Shown in pieces: positions 21,881 to 30,619 of a DNA stretch of 33,693 bases. The notes under the pieces were generated by a model that did not search any database, was not told the DNA's origin, and was given only the letters and a program-made list of their open reading frames with translations. The translations under genes were made by a program, and so were the position numbers. Source of the DNA: a virus (Duplodnaviria > Caudoviricetes); the IMG/VR virus record IMGVR_UViG_3300032328_000613, positions 1 through 33,693 of that record. One strand, written 5' to 3'. The first letter of the stretch is position 1. Each line of letters opens with the position of its first letter.

Positions 21881-24231
21881 CGCTTGCCGTCCGGTCTGAT
21901 ATCAATACGCGGGAAGCCCAACTGCCAATTCACGCCCATCATGTCGGATGAGATTTCAAAAATTATCTGTCGGCCTCGTACCCTTGTGTATATCTGACCG
22001 GTATACGTTGCTTGGACTGGGTAGCTTGACCCGCTTGGTGTAGCTTGAAACCCCGATGCCTGCACAGTGCTGTAGTACGATCCGCCGACTGACCCGGGAA
22101 TGTTTACGCCCGAACCAGAATTTGTCATCCCGTATATGCTCATGGTTAGCTGCGCGTTGTTAGATGTTGAACCTTCAAAAGTCACGTCTGGCAAAGTTCT
22201 CCAGATAAACCCAAAGTTGTGCCCATCATCTATGTCAAACTGAGCGGACGTAATGGATGCGGGTATACCCTGTGTTATTGTTCCTTCGTTATTGTCCACG
22301 CCGTTTTCATGCTCCACAAGGTTTTGGGAATACGTTGCTGCAATGGGGTAGGGAAGAAGACCGCTATCGAGCCATGCCGTTCTGCCCAAGGTACCATAAT
22401 ACCAGCATCCGTTGTTTTCTACATAGTTATAGATGACGTAGCTATCAATCTGTGGGCTTACTCCGTTCGAAGATGTATAGAACCACCATATTTCGTTAAA
22501 GCCCTCGCTTGTACCGGCAAAGATTTGATCTGTCTGGGTTAAGTTCATGTTCCCAAACACCCAACGGCGCAGGTCACAAACCAACGTCTGAGTGCGGCCA
22601 TCGTATTTATAAAACTTGTCTATGCCCATCCAGTAAGCAACACCGTTTGAATAGGCCACTGCATTGGGGCTGATGATTGAAATGTTGTCGGCGACCAACT
22701 GTATCTGCCATCCTGTGGCTATCTCCTGCATTGAATACAGGGACGAGTCTGTCCAAACCAATATCTCTTGGCGGGCCTGCATTACAGAAATAATTTTCGA
22801 GCCGTGCGAAAGGTACGAAAACCCAGCAGAGTTAGTGGCGGCGGGGGTAAAGTTTGCGGGGTCTTGTGCATCAGACCAGCGAATGAGCATGGGGTTCTGT
22901 GTTACCGTTCCTAACTCGTTTGCGCCAAAAGCAATGACATACCGACTTACATCCGACACGGCAATCCAACTCTGCACAGTGGGTACGTTGGATGCGCCTG
23001 CTATCTGTGTGTAGGGGAAAGCTCTTGAAGATATGGTGTGAGTCCCAGATTGGGATCCCGAAGTGTTTATTGCCGCGCCGCCAACAGTAAGAGACAGGTT
23101 GCACGTTGACCCTGATGCGTTAATGACGTAGTAAGTTGTGCCCGGTATGAGGCCCGTCGGTAAAGCGCCCGTTGTAAAAAACTGCAAGGGGGAGCCGTTT
23201 TCCAGAGGTATTGTGGATGAGAACACTGCTGGTGTTGCGATGGTTACAGTGAAAGCTATATTGTTGTTAAACCCGTAGTTAGCATCCCAATAATATATAG
23301 GGCCGTTGCGATACCCAAAAATTAAATTTTCGTTGAAGTTACTCTGCTGCCACAAGCGCATAGAGGATGTTGAAGTATTACCAACACCCCAACCACCAGC
23401 ACCCCAGCCACCAGCACCCCAGCCACTTTGAGCCGTAGGAGTAGCGCTACCCGTAGTAATTTCATATGAGGCATAGGATGTACCCCCGCCCGTTGCAGTT
23501 GCAGACGCTAGCGCCGTAGCTGTATGTTGCCCGTATTGAGATGAACCTGCGGTACTGATAGCAGCGCCACCACTTGTCAGAGACAGTTGAAACGTAAAAC
23601 CTGATGTGTTAACCACGTAATAGGATGTGGTTGTGTTCAATGGGCTCGGCAAGCCCCCTGTTGTGGTCAAGCTAACCCGCACATCATTTGCAAGTTTATA
23701 TTGGGCGGTAAATATTGCTGGGCTCGCAATGGTGATGCCTACTGTGCTTGCCGCAGTAACTGTAAATGTGTTGGCTGCGGCTCCAGTGGTAAGTTGATAG
23801 TTCCCCAATAATGTAATTCCTCCAACCGCCGAGGTTGAATACATGGTTACAAAATCGTTTGTTGCATACCCGCCGCCAGCGTCTGTGACGGTTATTGTGG
23901 AGCTGTTAAGCGTTGTAGCTATTGGGGTTGCGCCCAGCGTGCTAGTGGCTCGGATGGGGGTAATGTCATAGTACTCGCCCGCAGTTTCTATATAAAATTT
24001 GAGGTTTGTGCCCACGCCTGTAAGCTTAGAGCCACCAAGAGTTACCCAAGTCCATAGCGATCTACAAGTACCCAAGAAGGTGTTGTAAGAGATCCTGATG
24101 TACCCACCAATTTTTTCAGGCGTACCTTGGCGAAACCGCACCCACTGGGAGTAAAACCACCCAGTCTCGTTGGCGTAGCTGGTGTTTTCTTTGTTTACAC
24201 CGGGCTTAAATACTAGCTTTTTGAGGGGCAT
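21877..24231 (-). CDS. tail tubular/stabilisation protein (P22 gp10 / T7 gp12-like beta-propeller)
   Basis: 784 aa. KPGVNKE..VRFRQG.PEKIGG start, IRWSD, FNEIWWFY, WYYGTL.RTAW, RGRQ and RIDIRPDGKR end. Size and position fit. Confidence 0.75.
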   Translation of the reverse strand: MPLKKLVFKPGVNKENTSYANETGWFYSQWVRFRQGTPEKIGGYIRISYNTFLGTCRSLWTWVTLGGSKLTGVGTNLKFYIETAGEYYDITPIRATSTLGATPIATTLNSSTITVTDAGGGYATNDFVTMYSTSAVGGITLLGNYQLTTGAAANTFTVTAASTVGITIASPAIFTAQYKLANDVRVSLTTTGGLPSPLNTTTSYYVVNTSGFTFQLSLTSGGAAISTAGSSQYGQHTATALASATATGGGTSYASYEITTGSATPTAQSGWGAGGWGAGGWGVGNTSTSSMRLWQQSNFNENLIFGYRNGPIYYWDANYGFNNNIAFTVTIATPAVFSSTIPLENGSPLQFFTTGALPTGLIPGTTYYVINASGSTCNLSLTVGGAAINTSGSQSGTHTISSRAFPYTQIAGASNVPTVQSWIAVSDVSRYVIAFGANELGTVTQNPMLIRWSDAQDPANFTPAATNSAGFSYLSHGSKIISVMQARQEILVWTDSSLYSMQEIATGWQIQLVADNISIISPNAVAYSNGVAYWMGIDKFYKYDGRTQTLVCDLRRWVFGNMNLTQTDQIFAGTSEGFNEIWWFYTSSNGVSPQIDSYVIYNYVENNGCWYYGTLGRTAWLDSGLLPYPIAATYSQNLVEHENGVDNNEGTITQGIPASITSAQFDIDDGHNFGFIWRTLPDVTFEGSTSNNAQLTMSIYGMTNSGSGVNIPGSVGGSYYSTVQASGFQATPSGSSYPVQATYTGQIYTRVRGRQIIFEISSDMMGVNWQLGFPRIDIRPDGKR

Positions 24232-24233
24232 AA

Positions 24234-24575
24234 TTACCCCACATTTCGTTCAAAGTGCGGGCAGTCCACTAAGTTTGAGAAGTTTCCGCCCCAACGGTTT
24301 TTGGGGTGTAGGGATTGCCAGTATGCGCCAAGTGGTGCAATGGTTTCCTTATCCCAAATGATCTTACCGCCTTTAAAGAAGTTCAAATCAACAGCGCAGC
24401 GCTTTAAGTGAATTGAGTTCATGGTCTTAGATCGACCAGTCTTGAAGTAGATGGCCTGTTGTTCCGGCGTGCGGGCGAGTTCACCACCAGTTACCATAAA
24501 GCCTTGGTCGGTGGCGTATTGAATCAGTTTGCACATGTCCAGCAGGAACGCGGCTTGTTCTTGGCTAAGGCTCAT
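24234..24575 (-). CDS. endolysin, M15 family zinc peptidase (L-Ala-D-Glu type)
   Basis: 113 aa. RTPEQQ, S-x-H-x6-D (SIHLKRCAVD), RWGGNF, DCPHFE motifs. Confidence 0.9.
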   Translation of the reverse strand: MSLSQEQAAFLLDMCKLIQYATDQGFMVTGGELARTPEQQAIYFKTGRSKTMNSIHLKRCAVDLNFFKGGKIIWDKETIAPLGAYWQSLHPKNRWGGNFSNLVDCPHFERNVG

Positions 24576-25084
24576 TTTTTACTCCTCATTTCTGCCAATT
24601 TTTCGATGGTGCGTCCACCAAAGTATGCGCCCATTATAAGCTGACCCCAGTTGCCAAGCAAGGTGACATAGGACTCATTGGCGTTGTAACCGAAAGCCGA
24701 CATCATTGCAAACAGGAAATACCCCAAGAAAATGGCGATTAAACTCATGGGTCGGATATTCTTTGACAGCCAAGAGTCCGACGACATATCAGAAGTCCAG
24801 CGATCTGAGACGTTGTTTTCTTCGTTTTGGGCGGCTTTGGCGAACAATTCCAATTCAGCCAGCTCCATCTTAGCCTTCTCAATACCCAGCTCCAACAGGC
24901 GCTCTTCGTGGGCAAACTGCAGTTCACGCAGCTTGGAAACTTCCTCTGGAGATGGGTTGTCGGCGATCTTTACGCCCAAGGTCTTTTCAACAACTTCCTT
25001 ACCCTTAGCTTGGATAGCAGAAGACAAAAGGCCCAACCCATTCTGGGCTAGGGTTCCTAAAAGAGAGGCTACGATAGGTATCAT
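24572..25084 (-). CDS. holin, 3TM (GTA-holin-like) family
   Basis: 170 aa. RW..DM.SDSWLSKNIRP followed by two TM segments ending YFGGRTIEK. Hydrophobic N-terminus. Adjacent to the endolysin. Confidence 0.8.
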   Translation of the reverse strand: MIPIVASLLGTLAQNGLGLLSSAIQAKGKEVVEKTLGVKIADNPSPEEVSKLRELQFAHEERLLELGIEKAKMELAELELFAKAAQNEENNVSDRWTSDMSSDSWLSKNIRPMSLIAIFLGYFLFAMMSAFGYNANESYVTLLGNWGQLIMGAYFGGRTIEKLAEMRSKK

Positions 25085-25368
25085 TTTTCATCCTTTTCAC
25101 ATTTTGTTGGGCATTTTTCCGCCCGGCGCATTATTATTTCAACGTCTTTCTTGGTTGTCAGGATATCCACATACAGGAACGCGGTAATCGGCAGGATGAC
25201 GGTAAACAACACCGCCAAGACAATCAAAGTGACTAAAAACCCCAGCGTGTCCGTCTGTCCAGAACTAGGATGTAAGCGAACACCACCATATACACTACGA
25301 CGAAAAGAACCGCCGCTATGTAGAGCGCTTTGTCCTGCAGGCTGTCGATTAGCTGGCGTCTTTTCCAT
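25081..25368 (-). CDS. single-pass membrane protein in lysis cassette (spanin/holin accessory candidate)
   Basis: 95 aa. One strong TM (FLVTLIVLAVLFTVILPITAFLYV), charged C-tail with two Cys. ATGA-coupled to the holin. Start uncertain; 136-bp overlap with the upstream gene. Confidence 0.6.
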   Translation of the reverse strand: MEKTPANRQPAGQSALHSGGSFRRSVYGGVRLHPSSGQTDTLGFLVTLIVLAVLFTVILPITAFLYVDILTTKKDVEIIMRRAEKCPTKCEKDEK

Positions 25369-25805
25369 TCCCGCTGTCTTTCGATTCTGTCTTGCTCTGC
25401 TCTGGCTTTTTCTTGTTCGTCCTGAATAACTTTCCGCATAGCAAGAAAGTCTGTATAAACAGCACCAAGCTCAGGTGGTGAATGGTAGATGAGAGTTTCT
25501 CGTAGTTCGACTTCCATCTGCTCCATACGGCGCTGTGCAAGAACCCTGTCCAAAGCTTGCTGGTTAAGAGATTGAGGTTTTTTAACAACCGCTTTGTCAA
25601 CTGCTTTGTTTTTCTTTTGGTCTTCTCTAACAACAGTTTGCAGATTTTCATGGGCTGTAAAGAAGCTACCCAAGTTTTTGCTGATGTCAGAAATGACGTC
25701 GTGCGCTTCCTTACCGACTGCTTTATATTCTTTATAAAGAGCGCAGCCTTTTTTAACGTACCCAACAGCAGTTGCGGCAGCGGCAAGGATAGTGAGAGGA
25801 TCAAT
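25233..25805 (-). CDS. membrane-anchored coiled-coil protein (lysis cassette), probable ATT start
   Basis: The frame of the listed 146-aa ORF stays open 44 codons further to ATT at 25805 (IDPLTILAAAATAVGYVKKGC...), preceded by SD GAGGTG and an in-frame TGA. Gives 190 aa with a C-terminal TM helix. Confidence 0.7.
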   Translation of the reverse strand: MDPLTILAAAATAVGYVKKGCALYKEYKAVGKEAHDVISDISKNLGSFFTAHENLQTVVREDQKKNKAVDKAVVKKPQSLNQQALDRVLAQRRMEQMEVELRETLIYHSPPELGAVYTDFLAMRKVIQDEQEKARAEQDRIERQREWKRRQLIDSLQDKALYIAAVLFVVVYMVVFAYILVLDRRTRWGF

Positions 25806-25815
25806 TTTTCACCTC

Positions 25816-26856
25816 TTATGAGAAGGTACCGACGGAGGATGTCGGCAGGCGAGTAATTTTTGCGCTGCTTCCGGCAAGGATGTCCACGGCGTTTGAATTG
25901 CTCGCTACTTGTAAATTAACGGTAGTTGCGGAAGAAACTGATATCAGCGCTTTTATTGTGTAGCGGTTGTATGTAGCGCTTGACAAGGTTCCCGTGTTGG
26001 GTAAAGCAATTGTTGTACCGGTAGAATTCACAATACCCGCAGTGGTGGCACTGCCCACAGTACCTACCCCGCTAGTCGGGTGCCCGACGTAATACGCGTT
26101 TAAAAATCCGGGTGTGTTTGAAAAGCTAAAAGCCCAAGTCAACGTACCGCTGCTAGGTTTATACAAATAAATTTCAGCTTCATATTCATACAAACCTCCG
26201 CTGACCAAACTAAGCGTGCGGGACGGGAACACGGGGTACAGGCTGGTAATACCCGTGCTGCTGGAACTTAAATAAATAAACTGAGAAACGGGGAGCACCC
26301 CGCGCCCGGATGTGGTGTCTATGGTTTGAAAATAGCTAGACCCGTTGTACTCGACCGTGCCAGCAACTGGGGTAGTCAAGTTTGTCCCGGAAGTAAATTT
26401 AATTGGCGCAGTTGCAGTTGTGCCCGCATCCAGAATCAAGTTAGAAAAAGTAGTGGGGCTTACTAATACAAAGTCGGTTCCATTAAACGCCAAAAGGGCT
26501 CTACTACCAGCGGCAATAGTGACGGAGGACGCGCTACCACTTGCTTTGAATTGGATGCTTTGTGTGCTACCTGTTTTGTTGATTACAACATACACTTTTG
26601 AAGTGGCGGGGGCGGTGATTGTCCTTGTCACGGTGCCGTTTGCCGTCCACAAAATAATGGCTTGTCGTGCTTGGTCGGCGGTACCGTCTGCAACTGAAAG
26701 AGTGACGTCGGCATCTGCACTAAGGGTTGTTGTGCCCGCAATCGCGGTATCCAACAAAGAAGTAACGGAGTTATTAACCAAATCGCCCCAAGTATTGACG
26801 TTCTCGTTAGTAACTGGAAGAGCGAGGTTAAGAAGCGAGGTATATGAGGTTGCCAT
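25816..26856 (-). CDS. tail fibre / receptor-binding protein
   Basis: 346 aa, S/T/G-rich beta content. N-terminal L.LP...E..NTWG..VN...LLD.AIAG anchor-type motif. Distinct C-terminal head domain. Confidence 0.75.
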   Translation of the reverse strand: MATSYTSLLNLALPVTNENVNTWGDLVNNSVTSLLDTAIAGTTTLSADADVTLSVADGTADQARQAIILWTANGTVTRTITAPATSKVYVVINKTGSTQSIQFKASGSASSVTIAAGSRALLAFNGTDFVLVSPTTFSNLILDAGTTATAPIKFTSGTNLTTPVAGTVEYNGSSYFQTIDTTSGRGVLPVSQFIYLSSSSTGITSLYPVFPSRTLSLVSGGLYEYEAEIYLYKPSSGTLTWAFSFSNTPGFLNAYYVGHPTSGVGTVGSATTAGIVNSTGTTIALPNTGTLSSATYNRYTIKALISVSSATTVNLQVASNSNAVDILAGSSAKITRLPTSSVGTFS

Positions 26857-26877
26857 GTTTTATCCTGTTTACTGTGT

Positions 26878-29016
26878 TTATGTCTGTTGCGTGTCCACAT
26901 CTATCCAACTAGTTGACCCACCGGCGGTGTTGATTGGTTGCCATCCAGTGTTTACGTATCCAAACAAACCCGTTGCTCCGGCAGCCGACGCGCCAACCAA
27001 TTCCAAAAACACTGGGAACGAGGATGTTTGGCCATTTACAGAAACGCCGGTTAATGCTTGAGTAATCAGTTGTGAGTTTGTTAATGTACCACCGGAAGCG
27101 AGGGCAAACACCGAACTTAAATTCACTACTTGGTCGTTAGAAGGAACAAAAGTCCCCCCAAATGCTTCCGCAATTGCGCTGGATAGCGCTATGGTTAATG
27201 TCTGTGAGGCAGTTAGAGTACCCGCCAATGCGTCCGCAGACCCGCTTGATAGCGCTTGGGTTAACGTTTGTGCGGGGGATAATGTACCGCTAAAAGCAGA
27301 CGAAGCCGACCCTGTAAGCACAACGCCGGAGAGAGGTGCGTATGTTAAAACAACAAGGCCAAAACCGTTGGTGATGCCACCACTGCCGTAGTATACCGCG
27401 CCCCCCGGGCCGCCCCTTGTGGCGTATGTACCATTATTTAATATACCCCCCAATGCGCCATTAATACTCCCGGCTACCCCATAACCACCACCGCCGCCGC
27501 CGCCGTTTGTACCCGACGTTGCGGCAACAGAGGATGTAGCCCCAGTGCCCCCAGTACCCCCCGTAATAGTGCCGCCAGCACCACCAGCTGAAGTTGTACC
27601 GTTGGCACCAGCAGAGCCCCCATTAGACGCGCCACCACCACCGTCGCCCCTTGAAGCAGTAGAAGTGAATCCGTTGCCCCCTCTAGCGCCAGCACCAAGA
27701 GGGCCACCATTACCACCAGCACCCCCAAGATTATTAACCGCGCCTCCAGTACCACCATTACCACCAGCGTATTTTGTATCGCCAACGCTGTCGGCAGTAG
27801 TGCCCCCAGTACCGCCAGTAGTGCCAGAGGGGCGAGAACCTCCTTTGGCTAAAACTCCATCAGTGACCGAAGAAGGAGCCCCACTTGTGCCTATGCGTAT
27901 GTAGCTACTCTCTCCGTCAGAAGAAAAATCCAAGCTAGAACCTACATAATAGTAAACAGTCGTTGATCCCGCGACCATAGAAGCGGTAACAGAAGTCCCA
28001 AGGGTTTTTGCGTACGCGCCGCCACCACCGCCACCGTTGTTATTTTGGGTATCTCTAATAGCATAACTACCAAAGGCTTCAAGTGAAATAAGTGAGCCAA
28101 AATCGGTGGGCAAAGTAAAAGATTGTTCACCACGGGGACTGCTGCGCACTGCGTAAACAATGGTTTTTTGAGTGGCCTCAGTTACGGTTATTACTACTTG
28201 GCCCTGTTGCGGGTCTAGACTAAAAGATGTATAGCAGCAGCAGCAACCGGAAGTAGAAACTATTGTAGTTCTACCCCCACCGCCTTCACCAAGAGTAGGA
28301 GTAATAAGGTATGATAACCCATTAGGGTAAGTAAAGGTGTCGAGTATAAGACTATTAAGGTATTTATAAGTACCTAAAATCTCTCCAGTACCAGACTGAA
28401 AATTATTAGCCCCAGAAACATACTGCCCCATTCCAGCAGTGCCTGTACCACTTCGTCCATATGGGATTACACCTAAACCACCTTGAAATCCTCCATTTCC
28501 CCCTCCGCCGGTACAACGTAAATAATTATTACCTAATACATTCAATACTGTATTTGAATAAGGATCACCAACATCAGCGCCGGGGCCGTTCGGCCCTGCT
28601 TTCCCCCCTTGGGCGGTTAAGATTACCGGATCGGTGCCGGTAACAAAACGGCCATTACCCCCCGCATATTTAACATTACCGCAGTTAGCGGCTACTTGAT
28701 CCGGAGCGACGGTGGTACCCCCCACAGCCAAACAAGCGGAAGATGTGGAAGAAGCCGAAGTAGGCGCGACGTTGCTTGTGTTAAACCAACTATTACCGCC
28801 GTTGGCCCCAACGTTAAGATAAACTGTAGAGCCCGGTGTAACCGCGATGCTGTTGCTTTTTGAGTAAGACCCGCCGGAATAATTTGCATTAGGCACTATA
28901 CCCGTAGCCGTAGTACCCGGGGTAGACCCAAAACATTCTACCTGTATGGCAGTAACACCCTCCGGAACACGCCAAGAAGTTCCGGAATCAAAATAATATG
29001 TGTTAAAAGTAGGCAC
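26878..29016 (-). CDS. glycine-rich tail fibre/spike protein
   Basis: 712 aa, GTG start. Two related Gly-rich modules, a CCCC tract between them, and ~21-aa beta repeats at the C-terminus ending WQPINT...WIDVDT. Confidence 0.75.
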   Translation of the reverse strand: MPTFNTYYFDSGTSWRVPEGVTAIQVECFGSTPGTTATGIVPNANYSGGSYSKSNSIAVTPGSTVYLNVGANGGNSWFNTSNVAPTSASSTSSACLAVGGTTVAPDQVAANCGNVKYAGGNGRFVTGTDPVILTAQGGKAGPNGPGADVGDPYSNTVLNVLGNNYLRCTGGGGNGGFQGGLGVIPYGRSGTGTAGMGQYVSGANNFQSGTGEILGTYKYLNSLILDTFTYPNGLSYLITPTLGEGGGGRTTIVSTSGCCCCYTSFSLDPQQGQVVITVTEATQKTIVYAVRSSPRGEQSFTLPTDFGSLISLEAFGSYAIRDTQNNNGGGGGGAYAKTLGTSVTASMVAGSTTVYYYVGSSLDFSSDGESSYIRIGTSGAPSSVTDGVLAKGGSRPSGTTGGTGGTTADSVGDTKYAGGNGGTGGAVNNLGGAGGNGGPLGAGARGGNGFTSTASRGDGGGGASNGGSAGANGTTSAGGAGGTITGGTGGTGATSSVAATSGTNGGGGGGGYGVAGSINGALGGILNNGTYATRGGPGGAVYYGSGGITNGFGLVVLTYAPLSGVVLTGSASSAFSGTLSPAQTLTQALSSGSADALAGTLTASQTLTIALSSAIAEAFGGTFVPSNDQVVNLSSVFALASGGTLTNSQLITQALTGVSVNGQTSSFPVFLELVGASAAGATGLFGYVNTGWQPINTAGGSTSWIDVDTQQT

Positions 29017-29017
29017 G

Positions 29018-29200
29018 CTACACGCTCTCTATTGTTATAGGGGCGGCGGGATCCCTAATAATTTCTTGCTTTTCCTTATCCCAATAGTGGTATTCGGGTA
29101 TCAACTGCTTTGTACACCCGTCAGGAGGGACATCCCATTCATCGCACACAATACAGTTGGAATATTTACCCTCGGCGTCAAAAATAATGTACTCAGGCAT
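29018..29200 (-). CDS. small acidic tail-fibre-associated protein
   Basis: ATG at 29200 (MPEYIIFD..NCIVCD...YWD), 60 aa. Overlaps the cupin stop and abuts the fibre gene; resembles tail-fibre assembly/chaperone-type small proteins. Confidence 0.6.
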   Translation of the reverse strand: MPEYIIFDAEGKYSNCIVCDEWDVPPDGCTKQLIPEYHYWDKEKQEIIRDPAAPITIESV

Positions 29201-29492
29201 CCTGCCCCCCACTTACGTTGATAAAAACCGTATTGTCTTCAAGGATTTCTATTTCATGCCACTCGTTTTCTTTCAGGTTGAGTGGGTGGTCGCCGGGCAA
29301 AAGTTCCCTATACAAATTTTCTTTGCGTATACATGTTTTCCCAGAAGCAACGAACGTTAAATGAGAAAACGGATGCTCGTGTTTGGGCAGCCCCTGCCCC
29401 TTATTACCGGTGTAATAAAAGAATGTAACCCCGCCGTACACAAACCTATAGCCGGGGGTAACTCGCTCCAAGTTTTGATTTGATTCTGCCAC
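29193..29492 (-). CDS. cupin-domain protein
   Basis: 99 aa. Cupin motif 1 GLPKHEHPFSHLTFVASG and motif 2 LNLKENEWHEIEILEDNTVF. Confidence 0.85.
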   Translation of the reverse strand: MAESNQNLERVTPGYRFVYGGVTFFYYTGNKGQGLPKHEHPFSHLTFVASGKTCIRKENLYRELLPGDHPLNLKENEWHEIEILEDNTVFINVSGGQDA

Positions 29493-29503
29493 GATTCATA
29501 GCA

Positions 29504-30004
29504 TTAAGTTGTTGCCAAACGCAAAAGAGCGGTAGCAGCCGCGTTAGTGGGCATGGTCAAAGTAAATGTACCGGCAGTAATTGTCTGGTCGGCAAACGTG
29601 TAAACTGCCACTGCGCGATTACCTTGGGTTGAGTTGTACATCAAAGCACAGTTGAACGCCGTGGTAATAGTCAAGGAAGTTAAAGACGCGGATGCCGAGG
29701 GAGTCCAAAAACCCGTGCCAGCGGTTGTGCTAGTGTTTGTTGAAGAGGGAGTATTAGCGTTGGTTAAAGTAATGCCGCCAGCAGTGTACCCAGTACCGGA
29801 AGTGTTTGTCACTTCGCCTGTTGTTGAATACGCAGTGGTAGATGCGTTCAAAGTGGCCGAGCTGAAATACAAAGCCAACTTAAAGGTGTCGTTAGTGGGG
29901 GACGTCAAGCTGGTGCGGGAAGTCAAAGAAGGCTGACCGAACTGATGGTAGCCCTGCATAACTTCAGCTAAAAAGGATGTGCATACCGATTGTGTATTTG
30001 CCAT
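29504..30004 (-). CDS. virion structural protein (paralog of 30203-30619)
   Basis: 166 aa. TSF.AE..QG.H...FKLALY..SA.LNASTT.YSTT.EV...GYTAGG..L...CALMYNS...RAVAV..F...FTLTMP...ATAL.R shared with the paralog. Confidence 0.8.
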   Translation of the reverse strand: MANTQSVCTSFLAEVMQGYHQFGQPSLTSRTSLTSPTNDTFKLALYFSSATLNASTTAYSTTGEVTNTSGTGYTAGGITLTNANTPSSTNTSTTAGTGFWTPSASASLTSLTITTAFNCALMYNSTQGNRAVAVYTFADQTITAGTFTLTMPTNAAATALLRLATT

Positions 30005-30006
30005 GA

Positions 30007-30195
30007 TTAAAATCCTTCAGTTTCGCCTTTAGCGGCGGATAATTCTTTTAAAGTGACATGCGCAGAGCGGTGAACAAGCTCATTGTCCAACCAATACTCT
30101 ACCCAAGTGGTTTTTTCGTTGTCGTCTTCGAATCCACCTTCTTTTTTCTCTAGAAGGCTTTCGTCCATTTCGCCATGAATTGTGCTTACTAACAT
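30007..30195 (-). CDS. hypothetical protein
   Basis: 62 aa, acidic, WVEYW..ELVHRSAHV. SD GAGG, fills the gap exactly. Confidence 0.75.
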   Translation of the reverse strand: MLVSTIHGEMDESLLEKKEGGFEDDNEKTTWVEYWLDNELVHRSAHVTLKELSAAKGETEGF

Positions 30196-30202
30196 ATTTA
30201 CC

Positions 30203-30619
30203 TCAGTTTGAACTACGAATTAATGCTGTCGTTGCTGTTGCTTGTGGCATTGTTATTGTAAACGTGCTAGAACTTGTCTTGTCTGAACCAAAATCTAGCA
30301 CGGCAATCGCACGGTTTGACTTACTGGAGTTATATATCAAAGCACACCTAGCTGTCAATGCCGAAGTCCAAGAAACGTTGTTAAACCCAACATACGCAGT
30401 GTAGTCGGCGGAATTTATCGTAATCCCGGTCATTATTTGCCCGCCCGCTGTGTACCCAGATGCTACTACCTGATTTGTAGTGGAGTAAACCGTCGTGCTG
30501 GCGTTTAAGTTGGCGGAGGCTGTATACAGGGCGATTTTTATAACGTCTGTAGTCAAATCGTGGATGCCTTGATACAGCTCCGCCTTAAAACTTGTAGTCT
30601 GGGTCTGAACAATACTCAT
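30203..30619 (-). CDS. virion structural protein (paralog of 29504-30004)
   Basis: 138 aa, Thr/Ser-rich, same motif series as its paralog. Confidence 0.8.
   Translation of the reverse strand: MSIVQTQTTSFKAELYQGIHDLTTDVIKIALYTASANLNASTTVYSTTNQVVASGYTAGGQIMTGITINSADYTAYVGFNNVSWTSALTARCALIYNSSKSNRAIAVLDFGSDKTSSSTFTITMPQATATTALIRSSN

Noticed and set aside
25349-25804. 151-aa TTG-start ORF using the GAGGTG SD
   Set aside because: Its product has no recognisable features and it would overlap the coiled-coil/TM ORF by over 300 bp. The ATT frame one base away gives a coherent protein.
28261-28560. AT-richer patch inside the Gly-rich fibre as a recently acquired segment
   Set aside because: A hand count gives about 40% GC over 300 bp, only modestly lower than the surroundings and explainable by amino-acid content.
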